Positions 63,650 to 64,000 of a stretch of 64,000 nucleotides of DNA are shown here, in pieces. The stretch spans positions 62,001 to 126,000 of the forward strand of contig NW_024704843.1 in assembly GCF_018977255.1 (NCBI RefSeq). The letters are read 5' to 3'. The position numbers and the translations under genes are program-made. The notes under the pieces are model-generated. The model had not been told where the DNA came from and searched no databases. It was given only the letters and a program-made list of their open reading frames with translations. Origin of the DNA: Callorhinchus milii. Lineage: Eukaryota. How positions within the stretch are numbered: position 1 is the first letter of the stretch; each line of letters starts with the position of its first letter.

Positions 63650-64000
63650 TGGATCTTGAAGACTGGAGTTTTCCAAATGCTTCTCCTCTGTACAAAACAG
63701 CGGCAGGACAATAAACCAGGAAACTACCGACCAGACAGCCTAATATTAGTAATGTGGAAACTTCTAGAGAATGTAATCCAGTTCTAAATCAATTGAAACT
63801 TTTAAATTCAAAATTATGGGTTAATAATGATCAGGCAGCACGGATTTGCTAAAGGCACATCATGTCTAACAAACCTGATATTGTTTTTTTGATGACATAG
63901 CAGAGAGTGTGGCTGAGGTCGAGCAGTTGATGTAGTTTATATGCATTTTCAAAAAGTGTTTGTTGAAATGCCAATTAACAGAAGTGTGGCATCCTGGATA
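63650..64000 (+). mobile_element. CR1 LINE RT N-terminal fragment, degenerate
   Basis: KPGNYRP.SL..., QHGFAKGTSCLTNL, VDVVYMHFQK motifs. Confidence 0.85.

Overview
Vertebrate genomic DNA, almost certainly from a cartilaginous fish; a holocephalan (chimaera/elephant-shark lineage) is inferred from the IgH cluster type. The window has three N-gaps (9644-9802, 34765-34970, 49316-49345). Left third: two convergent two-exon class A GPCR genes of the GPR139/GPR142-like type (+ 166-4970; - 18722-15336, the latter with a GC donor), a frameshifted histone H1 pseudogene between them, and many L2/CR1 LINE fragments, tRNA-derived SINEs and minisatellites. Centre: a complete cluster-type IgH locus on +: leader, V (23-RSS), D1 (12/22), D2 (12/12), J, then Cmu2-like, a second Cmu2-like, Cmu3, Cmu4 with secretory tail, and TM1/TM2. 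No CH1 exon is visible, and the V has camelid-VHH-like FR2 residues (WYRQLPGKQREKL) plus a CDR1 Cys, which points to an IgM-derived heavy-chain-only antibody gene. A ~1.9 kb L2 LINE sits inside the spacer of the only J RSS; removing it restores nonamer-23-heptamer exactly. An older duplicate of the tail-to-TM module follows (43.4-46.4 kb). Right: 37.6-49.3 kb is repeated at 49.4-61.2 kb across a gap, which is either a real duplication or an assembly artefact. All coordinates and alignments were read by eye; no database searches were run.
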